Part shown: positions 25,383-36,206 of the stretch, in pieces | Numbering within the stretch: the first letter of the stretch is position 1 | Layout: every line of letters begins with the position of its first letter | Source: Hydrolagus affinis | Taxonomy: Eukaryota | Reading direction: 5' to 3' | DNA: 64,000 nucleotides | NCBI GenBank assembly: GCA_012026655.1 | Contig: JAAILG010000856.1 | Coordinates: 1 to 64,000 of the forward strand | The notes under the pieces: generated by a model | Told to the model about the DNA's origin: nothing | Databases searched by the model: none | What the model saw: only the letters and a program-made list of their open reading frames with translations | Program-made: the position numbers and the translations under genes

Positions 25383-27054
25383 AACTTTGGGAGGAGTGTT
25401 TAAAATGTGATGGTCAAAACAGTAGCCATAGCTGGTAGTACAGCCCTCTGATTGTGGGAACTCTAGTCCAGAAGTAGATTTTGTGAAAGCCTGGAGATCA
25501 GTGAGATGTACATCCTGTTACTGCCAAAAGGCGCTATTTAAGACTCTGTGACGTGTTGCCACCCATTTTGGTCTCAGAGTAGATACATACAAAGACTGTT
25601 ATCATGCCATGATGGAAGTAAATCTTACCGATTTATTTTTACTCAGTATAAGACAGCTTTGAATCATTTTTATATTCTTTTGTCGCAATGATGACTCAGA
25701 TCTCAGTTTACTGCGGAAATATAGCAGTCAAAGAGCCAAAGTCAAGGTTACGAAGGCAACTCTGTTCTCGACATAATGCGATCGGCAGCATTTTGTTCTT
25801 CACAAGAGGAGTAGCATTTAAATCAGGATTGGGTTCGGCTGATTGGAAAAAAAATAAAGGCTTCTCCAGTGGATCTCTGATAGCATTGATTTGCTCAGTC
25901 TTGTACAGTACTTCATTAAATATTCTGTGGATCTAACAGTACACAAACTATACGGTCGATTCACTTTATAGTACATTCCCGTTAAGCTCTTTGAGAAGTC
26001 TCAATAACATCATATGACGCTGTATCAAAAGCAAGGATTATTATTATTCTAATATATATTACACTACAGTTATCACAAGCAACATGGCCAGTTATCACAA
26101 TTAGGGTAGGAGAATAAAAACAGGATGCCATTCACCAAATGTGATGATGATAAAATTGTGTAACAATCCAACACACCAGGAGGGCTAACCCACATGAAGC
26201 ACACCCAGAACGCTAACGTAGGTTGTATTGACACAGAGAATTTTCAAACACATGGACGCACAGAATTGCTAACACTCAATAAACTCATTTTAAAACCTGT
26301 GGTGCAAGTGTTCCTCTGGGCTAGGTTATGGGCAGCTAATTGTCACGAGTAACAGGACGATTTTCTCCTGCTCCTTTTGAAAATGTAGCATTCCAGATTC
26401 TTTCAGCAACATAGGTGATAAGAAAACTTTAAGGAGCCTCAGATCTTCCCACTGCAGTCATCTTCTGGTATGATCCTCTTACCAACACTATCAGATGAGA
26501 GCTGGTTTTATGGTGCTAAAGTATCCAAAATTAAAAGTGCTTTGTTGCACGATCTCCTACTTCTAGAATTCAAAACGCACTATTTTTATATGAAGTGTAG
26601 TCACATTGAGACAGTGCCACCACCAAGTCCCCAATGTCCTATTTTTCCCTTGCAGTACAGATAAACATGATCAGCAGTGCTCAGAAAATACTCAGAATTT
26701 TTGCTGCCATATCATTTACACACAAGTACATATTAAATCAATAGGGAAGACGTAACCTCTATTATTTCTTGTGCACTGTAGATTTTGAATGTTTCATGCT
26801 TTCTGATCCCTGCCAGCTTTGCACAGCAGTAGTTTCTGCAGTGTTGTATTACCCAGAGCCAATGGTATTGGTATTGACCAAGGAAATGTTTCTAATCTAC
26901 ATGAAGCTCTGTGGAATGATCAGTGTGGAGAGTTCAATAGAATTGACAGCAATGCTACTGAAAGGATGTGAAATTGCACAGAACCTTTTGGGGATGTGAT
27001 TCTTTTCAGGGAAATGCAAAATAATTTGATATTTTACTAACACCAAACAATAAT

Positions 27055-27327
27055 GTCTTCTCCTTGTCCCCCGAATCCTCCGCTCCATCATCGGCTGCCA
27101 TGCCTTCAGCCACTACGCTCCGAAGCTCTGGAACTCCCTTCCTCATTCCCTTCACTTCACTCCTTCTCTTCCTATTTCCAGGTCCCGGCTAAAGACCTTT
27201 CTGTTCAACCGTGCCTTCAGTCACCTTTTTCTCTCTCCCCCTGGCTCGGGCCTGGGATCCGTTATTGTGAAACGCTCTGAGACGCCGTCCGGCATGGAGG
27301 GCGCTATATAAATCAAAGTTGTTGTTA
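27055..27327 (+). mobile_element. L2 3' end
   Basis: Homologous to 16630-16905 and to the 3' end of the 60103-62130 copy. Confidence 0.85.
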
Positions 27328-30066
27328 TATTGTAATGCAGCCCTCTAATATTGGGAGTTCCAGACATCTAGTTCTTATATTGGGGTCCCAGAAACCTATG
27401 CTCATTATTGGCAGATCCTAGTATCTCGGCCTCCAGCATTAAGGGCCCAATAAAATAAAATAATAAAGTTAACAACTTTTCTGTCAAAAAAGGGATAAAC
27501 TAGCAATTAGCTGTTAGGTCTGCAGTGGAGCATTCATGTTTCTAGTCCAACAGTGAGTCTGACTTAGAGCTGGGTTTAGGCTACCCTGGAGCTCAGAAGA
27601 GCATCACTTCATATTGCGCCAGGGGTATTAAATATCCTTCTCTTCTCTCTGCCACATTGGGTACTCATCTTTGGAGAAAGACTTAACTCAGAGCCAACGT
27701 AATAATGTAGGAGCGTAAGTCACAAGATTAGATGAAAAGTGAGTCGTCATGATATCTCTTTGTTATAGCACAGAGGAAAATCAGATAGTCCGCATTTCTC
27801 AAAACGACTCATGAAGTCATTTATTAAAGAAACACGTTCAGTAAGGTATGGTCCAGGATCAATGGATACTCAATAAGTCTTTTCATCATTTAATGTAAAA
27901 TGTCATCACAAAAGTAAAACCCAATGTGGCAGAGAGAAGAGGATATTTAATACCAGTTGACTTCTGTAAGAGCTATTCTACAGATACAGCTTTAGAAACA
28001 GATGTTATGTGGCAGACCAGATTTTGTTTCCAAATAATGGGCCCAATTCAAATAATGGGGTGGAGCTCTATCAACTAACAGAAAGACTTCTCCTTGTTCC
28101 ACACATTCGCTATTGTGCTGCATTCACACCAGTTGTCAACACTGCACTCTTGCTGAATTCCAGTCCAATCTACATGCGAAAGCACACTTTCTACGGGCAT
28201 CCAAAAAGCTGCAGTTCCTTCTGATGTAAATTTGCACAGAAATTGTGCCGCTCATTTAATTTCAATTCAAATGAAGAAAGATTGCAACATTGAAATCTTG
28301 GGAGGAAACTGTAGTGTAACAGCAAACCAAATGGTTTTCAATTATGCACATTTATACAATCTAAATTCCTGCGGTTTTTGCCTCTAATGAGCCATTTTTA
28401 CATTAATCTGATGTAAATTATAGATCTTAATCTTGGTATGAAGCTGAACAGAAATGAACTTTTTCACTGCTGTAAAGTTTAGTACTCCCAGTTACTCATT
28501 GTCTCATTTGTGCTAAACAGTAACAAATTTGCATATACAAGAGTTATGGTTCTTGGCAAATGTATTAAAATGGATTATCTCGATGGCAGAGGGGAACACA
28601 TAGCTATTTTTTGGCATTGAGATGCAGCTTATTGACTACCTTAATTATAACCCTGGGCTTTAGTTTGTGGTGTTTTGCAATAAAGCTATCTAGAGGGACT
28701 CCAGAGTTATAAATTGGGATTTCTCTCAATAACCGGTAGAGCATTAAATCGATTCCACGATCTACTCTTGCTGCTACCAGAGCCAAGTTCCCGCAGGTCA
28801 GTCTGATGCACCTCCCATTAAAGGAAGGTTATGTCAATTGCTGCTTAGAGCACTTACTAATGTGCCTCCATGAGAACACGAGATTGGTAGGCAAAATAAG
28901 ACCAAGGTTCATCTAGTTTGCCTTCCATCGTCCTTAAATGTCTCTCTGGGGAACATTTAGACATTTAACTTTCATTTGACTTTCGCAGGTCATCTTTCTC
29001 CTCCCACCACCAGCTTAGGTGCCAAAGCCAGTGTCGTTCAGTACTTGGGCATCCTAACAACATGAAAGGCACTAAATAAATGTAAATTTACATTGCATTA
29101 CATTGTATTGATTCCAGTCGCAAATCTGGGCCAATTGAAACCCCGTTGCAACCCACAAAAGCATTACACATATTTCCTAATACATTACCTCTGTTTGTGT
29201 GCCTTGCTTTAATGCAAATGTGTGTATTTCATAGAAAACACCAACGCTCGACGAGTGACTTCAAATGACCAGGGATTCAGAATGCTGTAAGCTGCCCTAA
29301 CCCTCAGCTCAGACTACTTTAATCTTCACAGGGATATTGAGCAGATGGTGAGGAATGACAAATAGGTACAAACTGAATGGAATTTGGGGCAAAAGTGCAT
29401 GTTTCAAAAATCACTGTAAAACACTGTCCACTCGAGCAAGGCTGTGACCTCCAATTGAAGTTGAAGCAGGCACGTGTGTGTTAGACGATCTGAGGCATAA
29501 ATGGCGCAAAACTGCAACCAAACTCATGCCTCAGAGCTTGTGTGTGCAGTTCATTTGTGAACACACACTCACTCACTCACTCACTCGCACACACACGTCA
29601 CTTTGCTGCCTCATGCACTGGAAAGTGTTCATATTTACACTTCGCAAAGGAAATGAAGGCAAATCTGTATTCCCAACTTCACATTTCTGATCGGCTTTTA
29701 GAATGACTGTTATCCTTCGACATAATTAAAGCAACTTAACTCCATTAAAACCTGGGGACACTTTAAATCTGAAATCAAAATACCGTACGGAAGGAGATGT
29801 AGCCCTCTCTTTCTCACATGAAAGCACTGCATGGGGTTTGAATAATTGGGACTTTGAACTTTATTCACTAAAGCAGCTGACGTAAGGAAGAGAATAAAAT
29901 GATTGCACCACTTATTTCAGTATTTACATTATCGGGCTTTCTCTACAGGCGAGTGGTTCATCACAATGGTTTCAGCAGTTTCACCGACAGCCAGCCAGCC
30001 ACAGGAGAAAGTACAGACGTCAACTTAAGAGACACTCGTGGTACTGTGATACAACAGAAAAACATC

Positions 30067-30072
30067 ACTTAC
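30067..30072 (-). other. 5' splice donor GTAAGT
   Basis: TGG|GTAAGT, a perfect consensus donor right after the W21 codon. Confidence 0.92.
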
Positions 30073-30135
30073 CCAAAATATTAGGTTGAAAAGAAACATC
30101 ATGTACTTCAAGCAGCAGAGACAGCCTCTTGCCAT
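30073..30135 (-). CDS. TSPAN9: Tetraspanin-9, first coding exon (canonical start; 21 codons, N-terminal tail and start of TM1)
   Basis: Translates MARGCLCCLKYMMFLFNLIFW, which I recognise as the TSPAN9 N-terminus. ATG at 30135-30133 in context GCAACATGG; phase-0 GTAAGT donor at 30072-30067. Acceptor CCTTTGTTTTCCTTTTAG ends at 30153, giving an 80-nt exon (30152-30073) with 17 nt of 5'UTR. Later exons were not found in the window. Confidence 0.95.
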
Positions 30136-30408
30136 GTTGCACTTCTTGAATTCTAAAAGGAAAACAAAGGATAGATCCAGGTAAAAGACCACATATTTGC
30201 TGCCTTTGGGAGCAGTATATTTATCGTTCTTTACGCCGATGCCAGTGTGGCTCTCTGTGCGTGAGCCATTATTGCCGTAGAAGGCTCCAGCTGTAAAGCC
30301 TCGACCAAACTGCCTGCCAGAGGTGTCTGCTCTGGCAAAGTCCGAGTCCCTGCTCTCCACAGAGGGGCTCCGATGAATTGAGGATTCCTCGCTACTTGAC
30401 TTCTCCAT
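30073..30408 (-). CDS. TSPAN9: Putative long TSPAN9 isoform first exon, 91-aa N-terminal extension (MEKSSSEESSIHRSPSVESRDSDF...KYVVFYLDLSFVFLLEFKKCN)
   Basis: Stop-free frame from ATG 30408 (GAGAACATGG, A at -3 and G at +4) into the canonical ATG. In-frame TAG just upstream at 30447-30445. Non-repetitive, protein-like sequence inside a TE-free island. Confidence 0.65.
30153..30186 (-). other. 3' splice acceptor (possible branch point, polypyrimidine tract, AG) of the canonical TSPAN9 ATG exon
   Basis: Minus strand reads TTTTACCTGGATCTATCCTTTGTTTTCCTTTTAG|AATTCAAGAAGTGCAACATG. Confidence 0.8.
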
Positions 30409-30589
30409 GTTCTCCTTGTTTTTCACAGTTTTCACATTCAATGTCTAACATGTCTTAGTATTTTGAACAGATCGAAGAATATCAGGCGCTTTGGTCTCTA
30501 ACCTAACCGAGCAACTAGAGGTCACACAGAACTTTGTAAATAGTATGAGCAGCATTCACAGTATTATTTCCTTCCATTTTCCTCCATCT

Positions 30590-31140
30590 ACAAGCAGCTG
30601 TGGGATGGCATTCCATGTGCAGATCAAATCTATCAGCATCCCATGAAACACATTACCAACTAGTGCTGTAGGCTCGGCAATTCAGAGCACAGCTTCGTTC
30701 ACAGAGGTCCTGAAATTCCTGCTTGTCCTCTCTTCTCCGACTGTCCTCTGACAGTTAAGATCTACAGCTGGTCATATCATCCATACTCCAAAGGCTATGT
30801 ATAGAAGCACGGCAGCCTTTCCCAGACTCGCTCGCTATCCCTCACATGCTTTTTTCCCCCCCTCTTTACTGCCTCTTCCTTCAGGAATCAGCTGTTCAAT
30901 CTCTCTCCTTGCTGCTGCACTGCTGCTGATGTGGAATCATCAGCAGCTGCTATTACAGCACTGGGTATTCCCACAGAAACCACTGACCTAACCATCAAGT
31001 ACTACAGCCCCTTTTGGAACCACTCCCACTGCCCTGCATCTTCCAATGACAAGCCAGTCTCTTTTTTTAGGTGGGGGATGATAGTCTAATCATTTTTCTC
31101 TGTGACTGTACAAGTGCTAATGCAGATCACTATTTAGCTG
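30590..31140 (-). promoter_or_regulatory. Candidate internal promoter / 5'UTR for the long TSPAN9 isoform
   Basis: TE-free sequence upstream of ATG 30408. Four CAGCTG E-boxes (30595, 30765, 30889, 30944), an MCAT-like CATTCC (30609) and a purine-rich leader on the minus strand. Motif-level evidence only. Confidence 0.35.
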
Positions 31141-32596
31141 TCACGGAAAAAAAGGGATAGTGTATACAGTACTAATAATAATCTATCAACTGAAATCAAG
31201 AACTATCTTGTGAGAACAAAAAAATGTGAGTGTCAGCTAGACTGCAGTCATATTGACTATGCAAGTTCAAATCAATTCCTCACTGACAATGCAGATTGGG
31301 ACTATCCCCTTTTCATTAAATACTAAAATTCTAATCTGAAGAATTCAACTGCACAGGATATGGGAATTATACATAAGCAGTTAAAATTGCACGCTATATG
31401 TCTTTGTGTTGAACACTGAAACTGTCTAGGTTCCAGTGCTTTTTTAAGTAACTGAATTTAAAGCTGTTATATGGTTATACAGTATAGTAAAAGGCATAAA
31501 TTCTTGAAATCAAGCACCTATAGGTTTATAAAGGTTAGGAGCTCTACATTGGTAGACTATTTTATACTAGCTACACAGTATCTCAATTATACAACATGGT
31601 GGAATAAGGAATAAGGGTTATCTTATTTTAATAAGTGTTGGAAATAAACATGGAAATTTTGCAGCCATTCAGCTGTGAGTGAATAATTTGTTCATTCCTC
31701 TGTGTGGCATTTTCAGAGTAGTTTCTTTCTAAATTACTGCATTAAAACAAGTGACTACTGCTAAAAACGTTATGTCAGATTAGAGGAGATTGTGTTTGCT
31801 GATGTAAGTGGTCACTGAAAACAAAATCCCCAAAAGCCCATTTAATTTCAGTGAGCATCTCCAGATCACAATGTTACACTGCAACATAACAGCAAAATAC
31901 AGCATTTCATCAATGTTGGATGCATTGTGTGGGAATACCATTTGAAGCCCACGGAGTGACTGCAGTGACATAAGCTCAAAAACTAAAATGTTCTCACGTC
32001 AAGTATGGAAGGACAAATTTCACATTATACATGCATTCTACCGGCATTTTATTACAGCATCGGCCCAGCATTACTTTCATGTTTGCATGGAGTCCCGAGT
32101 ATAAAAAGCAAAGACAGATGGAAATAGATACCGAGTGTCTAGAACACTAGACAACAGCAGGTTACAGCAAAGATGCGTGAAGGGTACAAGGATGCCAAGG
32201 AGCCAAATGCAAGGGCTGGAATACCCAGCCTGATAAGGAGGACAGAAAACAACGACAACAACTTGCATTTATTTAGCGTCTCTCTCGCAGGGCAGCATCC
32301 TAGAGACTCATTGACAGAGGTCAATTTGTGGCAAAGAATTATTCCCAATTTTATCAAACTACATTAATCCCGGTAGACCGCCTATTCTCTCTCTTTTTCC
32401 ACTCCCTCACTCTGCAAAAAGGACTGATTTCTTTGGTTTAATGTCCCAACCAAATCACGTCACCTATGACAATGCAGCACTCAGCAATGCATTGGAGCGG
32501 CAGCCTAGTCTGTGTGTTCAATGTACTGAAATTCTGCTGACAAGCAGGGAACAGTTTTGAAGTACAGTATTTCAAACTTGTGTTACTAATTCAGAC

Positions 32597-33015
32597 GTCT
32601 GGCTCAGTTGGTAGCACTCCTGCCTCAGAGTCAGGATTCAAGCCCAATGTTAGGAATTTGAACTCGCAGAGTCCAGGCTGACACTCCAGTGCAGTGCTGG
32701 GGATATATTGCATTGTTGGGAGGTGCCATCCTTCAGATAAGACATTAAATCAAGGACCACTTCAGATGGATGTTGAAGATCCTATGGCACGATTTGAAAG
32801 AGAAGAGAATTTCTCCTGGTCTCCTGGCTAAATTATTCCAAATAAAAATTGATCAGTCACTTCTCGGCTGATTGTGGAACATTGCTGTGAGCAAATTAGC
32901 TGTCATGTTTTGCCTACCAACAAAATACATAGTCACTGTACTTTACTTTTGTATATCTCTTAGTGATGTTCTCCCAACATGAAAGGCGTGATGCCAAATG
33001 TAATAATTGTTATTA
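32597..33015 (+). mobile_element. Deu-domain SINE with L2-like tail
   Basis: GGCTCAGTTGGTAGCACTCCTGCCTCAGAGTCAG head; AGGCTGACACTCCAGTGCAGTGCTGG domain. Confidence 0.75.
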
Positions 33016-34640
33016 TTATTAGATACCAGCATTGCTGCGTTCAGTAAAGTTTGAATCATGTACTTTTTCACTGTTCCAGACTCTGTTCTAGGGTCCACGA
33101 CTATATTGTGCTGTTGAACTGATGCTAATGATCTGATATTTCCTCTGTTCATAGGTGAAGCCATGTGAGTGAAACAGCATTAAACATCTCCATTTCACCC
33201 TTTCTATTAACCTACACAATATGACCATGAATTCTAACCCTCAAACCCAAAATAGAAACTGATGTATGCTCTGGTGTCTCACGGCCAATTTATTGATGGA
33301 TTTATGCAATTACCAAAGCACATTGGTAATATAATAATAATCCTTGCGCTTGATACAGCGCCTTATCACGTCTTCGAAACGCCACAAAGTGCTCTGCAGA
33401 ATGTACTGCAAAGTGAATTAACTGTATATTTTGTGAGCGATATATAATAGCAGCACTGGTTGTGCCCATGCTGTTAACTTCCCAGCTGTAAAAATAGAAA
33501 CTTCATATAAGGAGAAGATTCTTTAAAAGACTTGAAACAAGATGACGGATGCCAGCAATGCCACGAGACAGGTATGCGAGGTAATGCTGCCGTGTAAAGA
33601 AATGCAGGCCACATTTTTGCTACCTTCATGACAGCTCAATAAAACAGATAATTTTCCTCTCACAGACAAGTTGAATTCATGGAGCTTTTGCTCAGTTATA
33701 TTTCTGCCTGACATACGATCAGTGTCAATCAGCCTGTCAACTCACCTCAAACCTGGAAAATAACCAGCATCTTATTGAAAGGTACTTTGCACCCATTTGG
33801 GCCCAGAGTGGAGTCTAGAATCTTTTTCTAATGACAATCCATACTTTCATCACCATGTTTTTAGCAACTGAACAGTGGAATTCGTGCCCTCTGCCCAAGT
33901 ATTAGTTAGTTGGGAAAAATATCTCGGAATTGAAGCCACTTGGACATCAACAATAACAAGAAAATTACATTTGTATACACTGCAACTACTGCAGGGAGGT
34001 GCGGTTAAAAGCCACAAGGGAGAAGCCAAGATTCAGAGTCTGTCTCCCCAGTGTTCACCAGCCGGCAATTGCTGGAGTTCAATGGAGGCCTGAGGACAAT
34101 TGCCAAACCACCCCTCCAACTACAAAAGGTGCTAGTTGCAAAAGGTTGGAATAGGGAAGAGAAAACCGTATACGAAAATGACTTTGCTTTAGCTCTTAAG
34201 TTTCACTGGGGACAGGAATTTACACATACACAGTAGTAAATGTGAAGATTCTTAACCTCCACACAGAGAAGACCAGTAGACTAAACATGACATTCACTTT
34301 CTGCACTGATAAACAGAATTAGCACGACATAATATTTCATATGTTGAACCAGTTATAAAAGGTGCAACCATTGATACCCACCCACCACTATCACACACAC
34401 ACACATATCACATTTATATTGACATTGTGCCCATATTTCTTCATATCAGTGAATAAATAGTTAAGATCACAGGGAACAGATAAATCCGATGTAACATTAT
34501 CCACAATTTCATTAGAAAATATCTCCTTTGCTTTTTGGCAACAAACCATTTAAAATGAGGACTATTTCAGGCCAATTAAAACCTATGTGTTTGTTACACG
34601 GTTGCTGTAGAAATATTCCAAACTTTACACTAAATACAGT

Positions 34641-34954
34641 AATAATAATCCCTGCATTTGATATAATGCTTTTCACGTCTTCTAGACATCTCAAAACGCT
34701 TCACAGAATATAGTGTAAAGTGAATTGACTGTATATTTGTGGATGAAACAAGGTAGTCATTTGCGCACAGCAATCTCCCACAAACAGTCATGGATTGAAA
34801 TGTCCAATTTTATTATTGTTTTTTTTAAGCAATTATTATTAGGCGTGTGGAGTAAGGAAACTTGCCCAAGGATTCACCGTGACCTAACTGGATTCGAACA
34901 CAGGTCTCACACTTGTAAAGTGAGTGCTTTAACCACTGAGCTCTAGGACTCCGC
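34641..34954 (-). mobile_element. tRNA-derived SINE, full length
   Basis: Reverse complement of the same family. Confidence 0.9.
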
Positions 34955-35540
34955 AATGTTCTTTTTTGCACACCGTTCTAAAGATGCTATAATGCTGATG
35001 TGAGAAAGCTCTCTATCAAATTAAAGTATTATTATTAATATCCTTTGATTATCTCCACCATTTTCAGGGTACACATTCTGATCTTTCAGGCCCAAATAGG
35101 GCCATACAGTATCAAGACAACCACTTGAGTGGCAGTGTGTTTTAGTTCATACAAAATGACATGACCTGATTTTATGGCAATATCAAAATCTGTCTGAAAC
35201 ATGTTATTAGCACTTGAGTTAAGTTCAACAATACAGCATTCTGTTGTCGCTAATGCAGCAGCTGTCTGAACATACAAGACCTGATGCCCAGCAGCTCTGC
35301 ATCAAACTTCACTCTTTAATTCCTCAGTTCAGAAATGGGTTTGTGAGCATTTCACATACTCTATTTACTTAATCATTACTCTCTAAAACTTATTCAGCTA
35401 TATGGATCCATTGAAATTTCAGGACCATTTAGGTAATGTCTAACTTTGGAATTCTTATTAAGGATTCAAACGCAAACACCACCAAACACAATTTACTGCA
35501 GCACTGAACGGCAGAGCGAAGCTTCTTAACAATCCCTCTT

Positions 35541-35816
35541 AGAGCAGTTATAGCTCAGTGGTTAGAGCACTCGCCTTACAAGTGTGAGACCTGTGTGCAA
35601 ATCCAGGCAGATCAGCAAGAATACAGGTAATAAAAAAAATTGGTCATTTCAATCCACAACTGTTTGTGGAACACTGCTGTATGCAAATGGCTGCCGCGTT
35701 TCACCCACAAATATACAGTCAATTCACTTGATAGTATATTCTGTGAAGTGCTTTGAGACGTCGATAAGATGTGAAAAGCGCTGTATCAAATGCAAGGATT
35801 ATTATTATTATATTAT
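35541..35816 (+). mobile_element. tRNA-derived SINE (internal deletion)
   Basis: TAGCTCAGTGGTTAGAGCACTCGCCTTACAAG head and standard tail. Confidence 0.9.
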
Positions 35817-35887
35817 CGGATGCAATGTGGCCTCTAGTGTGCCATGTGCATAGCTCCCTTTCCAATATAGATGTTATTCTGTATCAC

Positions 35888-36206
35888 AATAATAATAATC
35901 TTTGCATTTGATATGGTGCTTTTCATGTCTTCTAGACATCTCAAAGCGCTGCACAGAATATATTGTAAAGTAAATTGACTGTATATTTGTAGGCGAAATG
36001 CAGCAGCCAATTGCACACAGCAGTATCCCACAAACAGTCGTGGATTGAAAATTACCTATTTATTATTGTTTTCTTTTTTGAGGGATTATTATTAGGCGTG
36101 TGGAGTAAGGAAACTTGCCCAAGGGTTTGCCCTGACCTGCCTGGATTCGACCATAGGTCTCACGCTTGTAAGGCGAGTGCTCTAACCATTGACCTACAGG
36201 ACTCCG
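35888..36206 (-). mobile_element. tRNA-derived SINE, full length
   Basis: Lies tail-to-tail with the 35541-35816 copy. Confidence 0.9.

Noticed and set aside
1-30000. Search for the next TSPAN9 coding exon (expected to begin near LCGCGLLGVGIWL)
   Set aside because: No matching frame seen in the ORF track or by eye; it probably lies beyond the left edge of the window.
30025-30072. ORF continuation VSDVFLLYHSTTSVS*
   Set aside because: Lies past a perfect GTAAGT donor, so it is intronic.
30409-30441. ORF-track start at 30441
   Set aside because: The codon is TTG; the first ATG with a good Kozak context is at 30408.
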